A DNA stretch of 64,000 nucleotides from IMG/VR virus record IMGVR_UViG_3300011339_000567; one strand, written 5' to 3'. The DNA comes from an uncultured virus (IMG/VR IMGVR_UViG_3300011339_000567). Its lineage: Duplodnaviria; Heunggongvirae; Uroviricota; Caudoviricetes. The notes below the pieces were generated by a model that worked only from the letters and a program-made list of their open reading frames with translations, ran no database searches and was not told where the DNA came from. The position numbers and the translations under genes are program-made. Below, piece by piece: positions 47,342 to 55,502 of this stretch (positions within the stretch are counted from its first letter, which is position 1; every line of letters starts with the position of its first letter).

Positions 47342-48799
47342 ATGTTCTTAGGATATTCCCCCAAGGCCAAGTGCTTTATGTACGCCGCCGATGTTGTGCG
47401 CTACTCGCGCCAGTGGCATCAGAGTTTGCAAAACAGATTCGAACTGCACCCCGCAGTGGCCGATGCGTTCCAGATGCACGACCCAGAGGACTGGCAACAG
47501 TTACTGCTTGAGTGGCCGCATGTGGCAACGACCGATGCGACCCGCTTGGCCTATACCCGTGACGAGCGAGCAGGCGAGGCCGACAGGCAGACGCTGACAT
47601 CATTGGGCAAGTACCTGAAGCAGCACTGGCCGAACCTAGCAGACCATCACATCAGGGATTATGTGGCCAAGTACGCTACAGCGGCTAGCTTTCACATTGA
47701 GCGCACCACCGAGGCCATCGTCAACGCAGTGCAGAAAGGCCCTGCCTCGTGTATGAAGTTCAACGAGGACGATGAGGACGAGCGGAGCCAGCTTGATGAT
47801 CTCGGTGCTCACCCTTACGAGGTGTACGACCCGCAGTATGGCTGGCATGTGGCAACGCGCCGCTTGGGTCATCAGATCGTAGGTCGTGCGCTACTCATGC
47901 AACGGGACAATGCCGAGAGCAACCCCAAGTACTTCGTGCGTACCTACAAGCACCAGGACGGCGAGCGTTACTCACAGCCCGATGACGAGCTGCATCAGTG
48001 GCTACATTCGCAGGGGTACGAGAAGCGCAACGAATGGAAGGGCGAGCGTCTGGCGTACATCCCTAGCGGGCGGTACAACAGCGACTTCATCGCCCCGTAC
48101 ATCGACGGCGGTGCTCAGGAGGTAGATGTCGAGCGCGAGCGCACAGATGATGGCACATACAAGCAGTACTTACGCATCACGCGCAGTGGTGAGTGGGAGT
48201 GCTGCAACCAAAACGGCACTGCGACTGAGCAGGGCGCATGCAGTTGTGCGGACTGCGGCGAGCGCATCAGTGAGGACGAGCAGTGCGGCATAGGGGTGTA
48301 TGGAGATCACATCGTTGGTGAGTGCTGCATCGATGAGTACACACATGTCACTGGGCGCAGGGGCAACGACTACTATGTGCCCAACGATGAGGCCGTGGAG
48401 GTTGATGGCACTTACTACGACCGCGACTACCTCAGTGACAACAACATCGTGGAGCTTGCGAACGGCGACTACTGCTCGATGGACGATGCGGTCTATGTTG
48501 ACGATGAGTGGTATCACACCGATGACGATGCGATTGTGTGCGATTACACTGGCGGCTACCAAATGCGCGATGACTGCGTAGAACTGCATGACGGCGAGTG
48601 GGCGCTGCTTGACGAGACATGGGAGTGCCAAGGGTCGGGCAACTTCTACTTGTACGATGACGATGCACCTGTCGAGATTGACGGCAACATGTACCACGAG
48701 GACTATGTACCCGAGCCAGAAGAAGTCGAGCCATGCCCCGTACGGGATGTGTGCCTGTCCATTGAACCAACCACAGTAACAATCAAGGAATCAACATGA
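47342..48799 (+). CDS. Hypothetical protein with Cys/Asp-rich repeated C-terminal region
   Basis: 485 aa; SCM..HPYEVY, GRAL, APYIDG, CADCG, then acidic repeats. Confidence 0.8.
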   Translation: MFLGYSPKAKCFMYAADVVRYSRQWHQSLQNRFELHPAVADAFQMHDPEDWQQLLLEWPHVATTDATRLAYTRDERAGEADRQTLTSLGKYLKQHWPNLADHHIRDYVAKYATAASFHIERTTEAIVNAVQKGPASCMKFNEDDEDERSQLDDLGAHPYEVYDPQYGWHVATRRLGHQIVGRALLMQRDNAESNPKYFVRTYKHQDGERYSQPDDELHQWLHSQGYEKRNEWKGERLAYIPSGRYNSDFIAPYIDGGAQEVDVERERTDDGTYKQYLRITRSGEWECCNQNGTATEQGACSCADCGERISEDEQCGIGVYGDHIVGECCIDEYTHVTGRRGNDYYVPNDEAVEVDGTYYDRDYLSDNNIVELANGDYCSMDDAVYVDDEWYHTDDDAIVCDYTGGYQMRDDCVELHDGEWALLDETWECQGSGNFYLYDDDAPVEIDGNMYHEDYVPEPEEVEPCPVRDVCLSIEPTTVTIKEST

Positions 48800-49902
48800 A
48801 CAAGAAATCAATACTCTGCAAGACGCTATCACGCGCCCTGTCAATGAAGCGGCCACATGGCACACGCGCAGTCATCGAGTTCACGGACTGGCTGCACTCA
48901 AACCTACCCAAGCGCAAGCACATCGCTGTCAGCTATGACAAGGTGGGCAACCTGCATGTGGACGCACGACTTGACGACACCAACCGCACGCTATTCGTAG
49001 CCCATGTGGACACAGTGCATCGTGAGACAGGTGCTAACAAGATCAGGAAGACTCAAGGCAAGTGGTACGCCGATGGTGCGCCCCTTGGCGCAGATGATGG
49101 GGCTGGATGCGCGATCCTTATGCACATGCTGCATGCTGGTGTACCGGCGTACTACATCTTCACGCAGGGCGAGGAGCGCGGGGGTATCGGTGCTAAGTAC
49201 CTTGCCGACCACAGCCCCGAGTTGTTGGCCTGCTTTGATCGTGCCATTGCGTTCGACAGGCGCGGCATCGACAGCGTTATCACGCATCAGGGGTGGGGCA
49301 GGTGCTGCTCTGATGAGTTCGCTGACGCACTGTCCGGTGAGCTGTGTGCTGACGGCGTGCTGATGTATCTGGGCGATGACACAGGTGTGTACACCGACAC
49401 TGCCGAGTTCGTTGACATCATCCCCGAGTGCACCAACATCAGCGTGGGCTACGACAACGAGCACTCAGACCGCGAGACTCTGGACATCTTCCACTTCACG
49501 GCGCTGGCTGCTGCGGCCGTCAAGATCAAGTGGGATGCCCTGCCCGTGGGGCGTGACCCGACAGTCATCGAGAAGCTGCCCCTGACTGACTGGCGCAGTT
49601 ACTACAGCACGACAAGCCTGACCTCATGGGACGGCAAGTGGTCTGACGCCAGCGCCTACGGGTACACGGACAACGACATGCTGGAGGACGCACTGCGCGA
49701 TGCCATGCGTGGGATGTATCACGACCTGCTCGACATGATCGCAGAGGCAGCGTATCCAGAAGACCCCATGATGGCGCTCAAGTTCCTCAACAAGCGCATG
49801 CTCACTGACGAGGTGTTGCAGCGTGCGATGTCTGACTGCGCTGTCTACGATGCCGATACTGTGTTGCTGTCCCTGTTCGACACAGTTCACTGCGAAGTCT
49901 GA
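48796..49902 (+). CDS. Zn-dependent exopeptidase, M28/M20-like
   Basis: AHVDTVH, LGADDGAG, GEERGGIG, AFDRRG, NISVGY..EH. Confidence 0.85.
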   Translation: MNKKSILCKTLSRALSMKRPHGTRAVIEFTDWLHSNLPKRKHIAVSYDKVGNLHVDARLDDTNRTLFVAHVDTVHRETGANKIRKTQGKWYADGAPLGADDGAGCAILMHMLHAGVPAYYIFTQGEERGGIGAKYLADHSPELLACFDRAIAFDRRGIDSVITHQGWGRCCSDEFADALSGELCADGVLMYLGDDTGVYTDTAEFVDIIPECTNISVGYDNEHSDRETLDIFHFTALAAAAVKIKWDALPVGRDPTVIEKLPLTDWRSYYSTTSLTSWDGKWSDASAYGYTDNDMLEDALRDAMRGMYHDLLDMIAEAAYPEDPMMALKFLNKRMLTDEVLQRAMSDCAVYDADTVLLSLFDTVHCEV

Positions 49903-49918
49903 CGGGTGTCATCGGTTT

Positions 49919-49940
49919 GCAGCCTGCCGTCTCAGGCTGC
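49919..49940 (+). promoter_or_regulatory. Conserved-loop hairpin, copy 3
   Basis: GCAGCCTG-CCGTCT-CAGGCTGC just before the AAGGAG RBS. Confidence 0.65.
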
Positions 49941-49958
49941 GCTTTAAGGAGAAGACGA

Positions 49959-50129
49959 ATGATCAAGATAACCATATCCAAGAGCGTGATTCAAAACCAC
50001 ATAAATGACCTACTCCACCAAGTTCAGTCACTTATGAAAGGAAAAACTCTGGACAACCGTGAACTAAATGACATGCAAGAACTACTCTGGCGCGTCGAGC
50101 ACTACATCAACCAAGGAGAAGACAAATGA
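49959..50129 (+). CDS. Hypothetical protein
   Basis: MIKITISK...; strong RBS. Confidence 0.6.
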   Translation: MIKITISKSVIQNHINDLLHQVQSLMKGKTLDNRELNDMQELLWRVEHYINQGEDK

Positions 50130-50419
50130 AAACAGATGAACTGACAGGTGCCGCCCTTGATTGGGCGGTGGCGAAGTGTGAGGGTGTAGAGATCATCGTG
50201 CGACAAGAAAATTGGGACTGGTACTCAACCGATTGGGCACAAGGCGGGCCGATCATTGAGCGGGAGAAGATCGCAACCGCTTGGCACATCACGCGCTGGG
50301 TTGCATGGCGTGGCGTGATCGAACACCCCGGCCCCACACCCCTGATCGCAGCCATGCGCTGTTATGTGGCAAGCCGACTTGGCAATGACATTGAGATACC
50401 GGAGGAGCTAAATGTTTGA
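50126..50419 (+). CDS. NinX/DUF2591-like protein
   Basis: LTGAALDWAVAKCEG...STDWAQGGPIIERE...GPTPLIAAMRCYV. Confidence 0.75.
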   Translation: MKTDELTGAALDWAVAKCEGVEIIVRQENWDWYSTDWAQGGPIIEREKIATAWHITRWVAWRGVIEHPGPTPLIAAMRCYVASRLGNDIEIPEELNV

Positions 50420-50504
50420 CAGAGAAGACACCATCACGCGGGTAGTGTTCCTACTCGCGCTTATCGTAGTAGCGCTTGACCTTTTATATTGGAGACCGTT
50501 ATGA
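50412..50504 (+). CDS. 30-aa single-TM peptide
   Basis: MFDREDTITRVVFLLALIVVALDLLYWRPL; GGAGGAG RBS. Confidence 0.55.
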   Translation: MFDREDTITRVVFLLALIVVALDLLYWRPL

Positions 50505-50543
50505 GGGTGGGAAACCCCTTACAAAAAAGAGTGAACACTAACA

Positions 50544-50559
50544 TGTCTAATAGTGGACA
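50544..50559. promoter_or_regulatory. Palindromic operator type B, copy 2
   Basis: TGTCTA-ATAG-TGGACA in the intergenic region before 50588. Confidence 0.5.
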
Positions 50560-50587
50560 ATACCCGATTTCAATCAAGGAGAAAACA

Positions 50588-51187
50588 ATGCCAGATATGA
50601 AGACCGCACTGCATGCCGTGCTGAACGAGTGGGAAAAAGCCGAGACTCCCCTATCAACATCTTCTCAGGAGCAACCTGCATCCGCCAAGCAAAAGCAGTA
50701 CTTCAAAGTCACAGTAGGTGTGTCGCAAGCATCGTTCAACTATGTCAGGGACAACCCCTACACAACAGCCGCGCAAGCCACAGCCGCGCTGGCGAAACAA
50801 GGGTTCAAGAAGACTTCGCTGACCTCGCTGTACACGCAGATGATTCGCCAAGGACACTTGAGCAGAGACAAGGACGGCAAGCTGACGGCGCTCATTCCAG
50901 AGTTCCGTCCACTGAAGGCGACAGCTACCATACGCAACTTAGAAATCGCGCTGAGAAAGAAAGCTGCCAAAGCAGAACCACCACGCCAACCAGCGAAGGT
51001 GAACATCGACATCGCGGCCATCAAGAAGCAAAACGGGATACGCGCAGGGATAGCTACGCTCAACGCGTCCCATGCCCAAGCTGCCCCCGCGCCGACACTT
51101 CTCACGGCCAAGCAGGTGTTGGAGACGCTCAGCATCAAGGAAGCGCACATGCTGTACCGCGAATTGCAAACAATGTTTGGAGGTTGA
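50588..51187 (+). CDS. Hypothetical protein (possible winged-helix)
   Basis: Start MPDMKT with AAGGAG RBS; FNYVRDNP...GFKKTSLTSLYTQMIRQG. Confidence 0.7.
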   Translation: MPDMKTALHAVLNEWEKAETPLSTSSQEQPASAKQKQYFKVTVGVSQASFNYVRDNPYTTAAQATAALAKQGFKKTSLTSLYTQMIRQGHLSRDKDGKLTALIPEFRPLKATATIRNLEIALRKKAAKAEPPRQPAKVNIDIAAIKKQNGIRAGIATLNASHAQAAPAPTLLTAKQVLETLSIKEAHMLYRELQTMFGG

Positions 51188-51188
51188 T

Positions 51189-51401
51189 ATGTGGAAATAC
51201 ATTTGGACTGAATTGAGGTTGATGCTGAAAACCGTGACGCCGATACAGGCCGTTACGCACGAGTTGATGCACGCCGAGCATGCCCTGCTGCAAGCCGAGA
51301 GTGGGGTTGAGTACGCACAGGCGCTGGTGACTTACAACAAGCAACGAGTCAAGCGCTTGAAGGCGTATCTGGCAGTAGACGAAGTGAAGGAGCCGACATG
51401 A
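51189..51401 (+). CDS. Hypothetical protein
   Basis: MWKYIW..., GGAGG RBS. Confidence 0.65.
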   Translation: MWKYIWTELRLMLKTVTPIQAVTHELMHAEHALLQAESGVEYAQALVTYNKQRVKRLKAYLAVDEVKEPT

Positions 51402-51637
51402 AATACCGCGAAACAGGTGGATCAGCGTTTCCGCATACGGTTGAGTACAAAGGTGCGGATTGTGGCGGGGTAGTGCCTCATGGCGGCATGACCCTGCTTG
51501 ACTACGCTGCGATCAAAGCGATGCAAGCCCTTTTGTCAGACCCCGACTGGCGGCAAGACATGAGCTTTGCAGTCACCGCCGCTACCGCATACAAACAAGC
51601 AGCAGAAATGATTGCAGAGAAAGCGAGGTACGCATGA
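51398..51637 (+). CDS. Hypothetical protein (GMTLRDYFAAKAMQ family), paralog 1
   Basis: GGSAFP...GMTLLDYAAIKAMQ...AYKQAAEMI. Confidence 0.75.
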   Translation: MKYRETGGSAFPHTVEYKGADCGGVVPHGGMTLLDYAAIKAMQALLSDPDWRQDMSFAVTAATAYKQAAEMIAEKARYA

Positions 51638-51840
51638 CTAAAGATACAAGTGGACCAGCGTTTCCATGCCACCCGGGCATTGAGAACCCAATCTATGACG
51701 GCATGACCTTGCGCGATTACTTTGCTGCCAAAGCGATGCAGGGCGATCTTATTGGCGGCGTTCACCATGACATTTTTGACATAACTGCAAAACGCGCATA
51801 CGCATTGGCAGACGAAATGCTGAAAGCGAGGAAAGCATGA
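51634..51840 (+). CDS. Hypothetical protein (GMTLRDYFAAKAMQ family), paralog 2
   Basis: GPAFP...GMTLRDYFAAKAMQG...AYALADEMLKAR. Confidence 0.8.
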   Translation: MTKDTSGPAFPCHPGIENPIYDGMTLRDYFAAKAMQGDLIGGVHHDIFDITAKRAYALADEMLKARKA

Positions 51841-52016
51841 ACGAAGAAACCCGCAAGGTCAAGCCATATCCGTCAGTACCTGATGACATCGACCCAGTGC
51901 CGGAAACATGGCACAGGATTGGAGCGTTCATGCTTTGGTCTATTTTTACAGTGCTGGCAGTGATCTGCCTTGGACTGTTCTTTACCGGTCTTTGGATATG
52001 GAGCTTGTTGATATGA
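51837..52016 (+). CDS. 59-aa membrane protein
   Basis: MNEETRKVKPYP...long hydrophobic C-terminus; ATGA-coupled at both ends. Confidence 0.6.
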   Translation: MNEETRKVKPYPSVPDDIDPVPETWHRIGAFMLWSIFTVLAVICLGLFFTGLWIWSLLI

Positions 52017-52150
52017 AAAAAAGCCTACACCTGAAGACTGAGTTCTTGCCGCGCAAGTGGCCCTGCTTTGCCATTGGGTTTTTTAGCAGTGGTGACGAGT
52101 TCATAGTGCACCTGTACCTTGTGTGTTTCCGTATTCGATGGGGGTATTGA
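52013..52150 (+). CDS. 45-aa aromatic-rich mini-protein flanked by 17-bp direct repeats
   Basis: MKKSLH...KWPCFAIG...DEFIVHLYLVCFRIRWGY. Confidence 0.6.
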   Translation: MKKSLHLKTEFLPRKWPCFAIGFFSSGDEFIVHLYLVCFRIRWGY

Positions 52151-52151
52151 T

Positions 52152-52418
52152 ATGAAAAAAAGCTATATCACAGGAAGAAACCACGACTTCTACGATAAGG
52201 GCAAGGCAATGTTTGACCGGATACGGGTGCTGCCTGAGCATCAAGCCATTACCCAAGCCATTCCTCAGATTCCTCAAGAGCATTCCTCAAACCGGCAGTG
52301 GGTGGGCCTGACCGAGTGGGAGCGCGAGGCTATTGCGCTTGAGTGCGGGGCCATGTCTGCCGACTGGCTGGTGTTTATGGAGGCTGTGGAAAAGGCTTTG
52401 AGGGAGAAGAACGCATGA
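52152..52418 (+). CDS. Hypothetical protein with WVGLT...EKN C-terminal module
   Basis: QWVGLTEWE...VEKALREKNA. Confidence 0.7.
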   Translation: MKKSYITGRNHDFYDKGKAMFDRIRVLPEHQAITQAIPQIPQEHSSNRQWVGLTEWEREAIALECGAMSADWLVFMEAVEKALREKNA

Positions 52419-52606
52419 CACAAGAAGACATAGGAAGCTACACCTTTACAGAACAGTCCTCCAAGATTTTCTTGATGGCTGCGCCACCCACATCTGTTGG
52501 CGGCTACCGTGTGGGCGAAATTATCTTTAACCTAAATAAGAAACCCCTCTGGATTCACCGCATGGGTGTGCGTCTGGTGCTGGGTTGGAAGTGGGAGGAC
52601 GCATGA
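52415..52606 (+). CDS. Hypothetical protein
   Basis: MTQEDIG...KKPLWIHRMGVRLVLGWKWED; ATGA-coupled. Confidence 0.65.
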   Translation: MTQEDIGSYTFTEQSSKIFLMAAPPTSVGGYRVGEIIFNLNKKPLWIHRMGVRLVLGWKWEDA

Positions 52607-52812
52607 AACAAGAAGACATCATCCGCATGGCGCGGGAGGCCGGGTTTGCCGATGGTGTGGCAGAAATCGTGGGGCTTGAGGGTTTTGCCCGCTTCGCCGC
52701 CCTTGTCGCCGCCGCAGAGCGTGAGGCGTGTGCGAAGGTGTGTGATGAGTTGCATCCCGGTTTGGCAACTAAACGGGCCGCTGAAATCATCAGAGCAAGG
52801 GGACAAGCATGA
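52603..52812 (+). CDS. Hypothetical protein
   Basis: DIIRMAREAG...FAALVAAAEREACAKVC...IRARG. Confidence 0.75.
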   Translation: MKQEDIIRMAREAGFADGVAEIVGLEGFARFAALVAAAEREACAKVCDELHPGLATKRAAEIIRARGQA

Positions 52813-53111
52813 CCAAAGACGAAGCACTAAAACTGGCGCTGGAGGCGCTGGAACAATTGGACGGTATAGACACTGAAACAGAGTGCGTAACGATTGATGT
52901 TGGTGATGTTATGAACACCATCAAACAAGCCTTGGCACAGCCAGCACAGGCAACTAGCGGATGGAGTTTGCGTTATGTGTATTTTGATGAAAACGGAATA
53001 CCACTGATGCACAGAGAGCCAGAGGAACGCAACTTCTGCCCAAGGTGCGGCAAGCGCACTGCTGACCCGACCACGATTCACACATGCACACCGCCACAGG
53101 AGAACACATGA
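52809..53111 (+). CDS. Hypothetical protein with C-terminal Zn-ribbon
   Basis: MTKDEALKLALEALE...ERNFCPRCGKR...IHTCTPP. Confidence 0.75.
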   Translation: MTKDEALKLALEALEQLDGIDTETECVTIDVGDVMNTIKQALAQPAQATSGWSLRYVYFDENGIPLMHREPEERNFCPRCGKRTADPTTIHTCTPPQENT

Positions 53112-53338
53112 CTGAAGAAGATGAAGAATTTCAGCGCCTTGAGCGCGAAGCCAAGATGCGAGCCTTGGAGGACGATGACATCCAAGACTACAAGAAGCCG
53201 TGGGTAAACCTGACGGACACACAGATACAAAACATCTACTACAAGATTGTGGATGAACACCGAGGCGCTCCGATGCCGTGGGGTCAAGTGCAGTTTGGCA
53301 GAGCATTGCAAGCCAAACTTAAGGAGAAGAACACATGA
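53108..53338 (+). CDS. Hypothetical protein with WVxLT...AKLKEKNT module
   Basis: KPWVNLTD...FGRALQAKLKEKNT. Confidence 0.7.
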   Translation: MTEEDEEFQRLEREAKMRALEDDDIQDYKKPWVNLTDTQIQNIYYKIVDEHRGAPMPWGQVQFGRALQAKLKEKNT

Positions 53339-53505
53339 TTTATTTTGAATACGATCAACCACATTACCTTGTGTGGCCTGCGCTTGCAGTTGGAATTGAT
53401 GATGAGTTTTGGATTGGTATAGGCTGGCTGAATTTTGAAATTGGCTGGCGAAATGGTGATGGCGGCGGGGGCAATGAAGCCAAACTTAAGGAGAAGAACA
53501 CATGA
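53335..53505 (+). CDS. 56-aa aromatic-rich mini-protein flanked by 29-bp direct repeats
   Basis: MIYFEYD...VWPALAVGIDDEFWIGIGWLNFEIGW...EAKLKEKNT. Confidence 0.65.
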   Translation: MIYFEYDQPHYLVWPALAVGIDDEFWIGIGWLNFEIGWRNGDGGGGNEAKLKEKNT

Positions 53506-53660
53506 CCAAGTTTGGAGACGCACCGATAAAAATGGAAGGCGGCATTGCTGACCCTGATGAATTTACATGGGAGTGCAATTGCAAAGCATGCAAGGTCAAA
53601 TATCAAAAGTGGAAAGCAGCGTTTGACGCTCAACAAAAACAACTCAAGGAGGAGTCATGA
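53502..53660 (+). CDS. 52-aa Cys-containing hypothetical protein
   Basis: MTKFGDAP...WECNCKAC...QLKEES; ATGA-coupled. Confidence 0.6.
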   Translation: MTKFGDAPIKMEGGIADPDEFTWECNCKACKVKYQKWKAAFDAQQKQLKEES

Positions 53661-54022
53661 TACGAGCACCGAACGGCAAACCCATACTCAACGAGCCGGA
53701 CGCTGAAGGGTTGTACACCTGCCAGTACACGGGGCTGAGAGTGTCGCGTGAAGAGGCCATCTTCTTGGGGGCATGCGTACCACAGGTCAACGGTACATAC
53801 GTGTGCCACCCGACTGCACTGCCATTCTTTAAGAAGTCCAAGCGCAATTTTGACGAGAGCGAGGCCAACTGCAATACCTGCAAACATCTTGTTCGCGTAA
53901 AGCATGAGCCAAGAAAAGATGGCATGTTACGGGGCGAGTGCCAAACGATGCCCAATTTGCTGTTCCACCCCGATGACTTTATGGGGATGAGTTGCTACGA
54001 ACAAAGACCGGAGAAGACATGA
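53657..54022 (+). CDS. Cys-rich hypothetical protein
   Basis: 121 aa, CNTCKHL...FHPDDFMGMSC. Confidence 0.7.
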   Translation: MIRAPNGKPILNEPDAEGLYTCQYTGLRVSREEAIFLGACVPQVNGTYVCHPTALPFFKKSKRNFDESEANCNTCKHLVRVKHEPRKDGMLRGECQTMPNLLFHPDDFMGMSCYEQRPEKT

Positions 54023-54201
54023 TTCACCCGTTTTTTGAACACATAGCAGCACTGCCTGAGAAAGAACGAGACTCATTTTGGCGCAGCATCATGGCAATGG
54101 TTGATGCAGGGGTTGAGACAAAAACGCCGCCCAAAGAAATGGCGGCGTATATGGGCGCTTATTTCAAAGAGGTTGGCCAACAACTCAAGGAGAAGACATG
54201 A
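54019..54201 (+). CDS. Hypothetical protein
   Basis: MIHPFFE...QQLKEKT; ATGA-coupled. Confidence 0.65.
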   Translation: MIHPFFEHIAALPEKERDSFWRSIMAMVDAGVETKTPPKEMAAYMGAYFKEVGQQLKEKT

Positions 54202-54401
54202 GCAAACTGACAGGAGCCGCACTTGACCGAGCCGTAGCCAACGCGATGGGGCTTAAAAGCGTACACAACTGCGAGAAGTGGGTAGGGCTGACGGAAGATG
54301 AGATTGACAAAATATTTTTAGATGTAGCAGGCCCAAATAAAGGGACAAAACAGCGGTTTGCCCGTGCCATCGAAGCCAAACTCAGGGAGAAGAACACATG
54401 A
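54198..54401 (+). CDS. Chimeric hypothetical protein (NinX-like N-terminus plus WVGLT...EKNT module)
   Basis: LTGAALDRAVA...KWVGLTEDEI...FARAIEAKLREKNT. Confidence 0.7.
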   Translation: MSKLTGAALDRAVANAMGLKSVHNCEKWVGLTEDEIDKIFLDVAGPNKGTKQRFARAIEAKLREKNT

Positions 54402-54604
54402 GCACAGACATGACTAAGACATGGTTTGATGGAAAGAACATCATCACGCAGGAAATACCCGAGACTGAAATCTACAAGAAGCCGTGGAAAAAGCTGACGG
54501 AGGAGGAGAGGGCAAGTTTTGAGGCGGCACTTCCGAAGACTCAAGAAGAATGGGATGAGTTATTTAACGGCATAGAGGCCAAACTCAAGGAGAAGAACAC
54601 ATGA
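54398..54604 (+). CDS. Hypothetical protein with W..LT...AKLKEKNT module
   Basis: KPWKKLTEEE...FNGIEAKLKEKNT. Confidence 0.7.
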   Translation: MSTDMTKTWFDGKNIITQEIPETEIYKKPWKKLTEEERASFEAALPKTQEEWDELFNGIEAKLKEKNT

Positions 54605-54798
54605 TCGACCCAAAGAAATTGCAGTGTTACACGATGGCCCACCGCCTGCGCGGTTACGCTGACGGTATTGTTGATAAAGACAGCCACAACTCGCTGACCC
54701 ACATGCTCAGAAAGGCTGCGGAGATGTTGGAAGCCGTGTGGGCTGAGTACGAGCTAACGCTGCCTGAAGACAAACGAGTAGGGGGGCTGAACCAGTGA
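54601..54798 (+). CDS. Hypothetical protein
   Basis: 65 aa, ATGA-coupled. Confidence 0.65.
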   Translation: MIDPKKLQCYTMAHRLRGYADGIVDKDSHNSLTHMLRKAAEMLEAVWAEYELTLPEDKRVGGLNQ

Positions 54799-54992
54799 AA
54801 TGCCCAACCTGTAACGAGTGGACGACAGTCGAACAGACAAAGAACTTGGGCGGCTTTGTAGAGCGCAGACGCAGATGCGCTAACGACCACACATTCACAA
54901 CCGAAGAGCGGGTAATCCCCGACAAGAAGCGCGGACGCCCAAAGAAAACCAAGGAGAAAGTAGATGACAATAGCCACCCTGTCCCGTTATGA
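54795..54992 (+). CDS. NrdR-N-like Zn-ribbon protein
   Basis: KCPTC...T...RRRRCANDHTFTTEE. Confidence 0.75.
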   Translation: MKCPTCNEWTTVEQTKNLGGFVERRRRCANDHTFTTEERVIPDKKRGRPKKTKEKVDDNSHPVPL

Positions 54993-55290
54993 CCCCATCA
55001 AAGGATGTTTTGTTTTGAAAGATTTAAACCCCAAGCCCCCCGCCAATGCGTTCGAGTGGAAGCGCTATGTTGTAGAAGAAGCCAGCAGGCGCGGCGACAA
55101 GCCCGTCACACAGGACATGACTTACAAACGCAGCACAATGTCCACCAAGACTGTCGAAAGAGTGCGCGAGACTAACCCGAACTACGGCACCGTGCCGTTC
55201 ACCACCAAGACAGAAGCCCTGATCGCGCTGAAGCCCAAGCAGTTCACCATTTACAGCAAAGCACAACGAGCTAAAGGAGTAGCCCAATGA
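54964..55290 (+). CDS. Hypothetical protein
   Basis: 108 aa, AAGGAG RBS. Confidence 0.65.
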   Translation: MTIATLSRYDPIKGCFVLKDLNPKPPANAFEWKRYVVEEASRRGDKPVTQDMTYKRSTMSTKTVERVRETNPNYGTVPFTTKTEALIALKPKQFTIYSKAQRAKGVAQ

Positions 55291-55502
55291 AAGCAGACGA
55301 AGTACAGGTCAGCGGCAGTCACTACAAGGACATGCCCATCCAGCCTTGGGCGCTGATGGAAGCGGTGCTTACCCCAGAGGAGTTCCAAGGATTTCTCAAG
55401 GGCAACATCATTAAGTACGCCATGCGTGCTGGCCGTAAAGATGGCAGCGATGACGCAGGCAAGGCCAAGCACTACATGCAGAAACTCAAAGAGGTTATCT
55501 AA
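55287..55502 (+). CDS. DUF3310 / SaV-like protein
   Basis: QVSGSHYK..IQPW...GFLKGNIIKY..RAG.K...D..KA.HY. Confidence 0.85.
   Translation: MKADEVQVSGSHYKDMPIQPWALMEAVLTPEEFQGFLKGNIIKYAMRAGRKDGSDDAGKAKHYMQKLKEVI

Noticed and set aside
52396..54604. Integron attC array or CRISPR mini-array
   Set aside because: Repeats are non-palindromic and coding; no tyrosine recombinase in the window.
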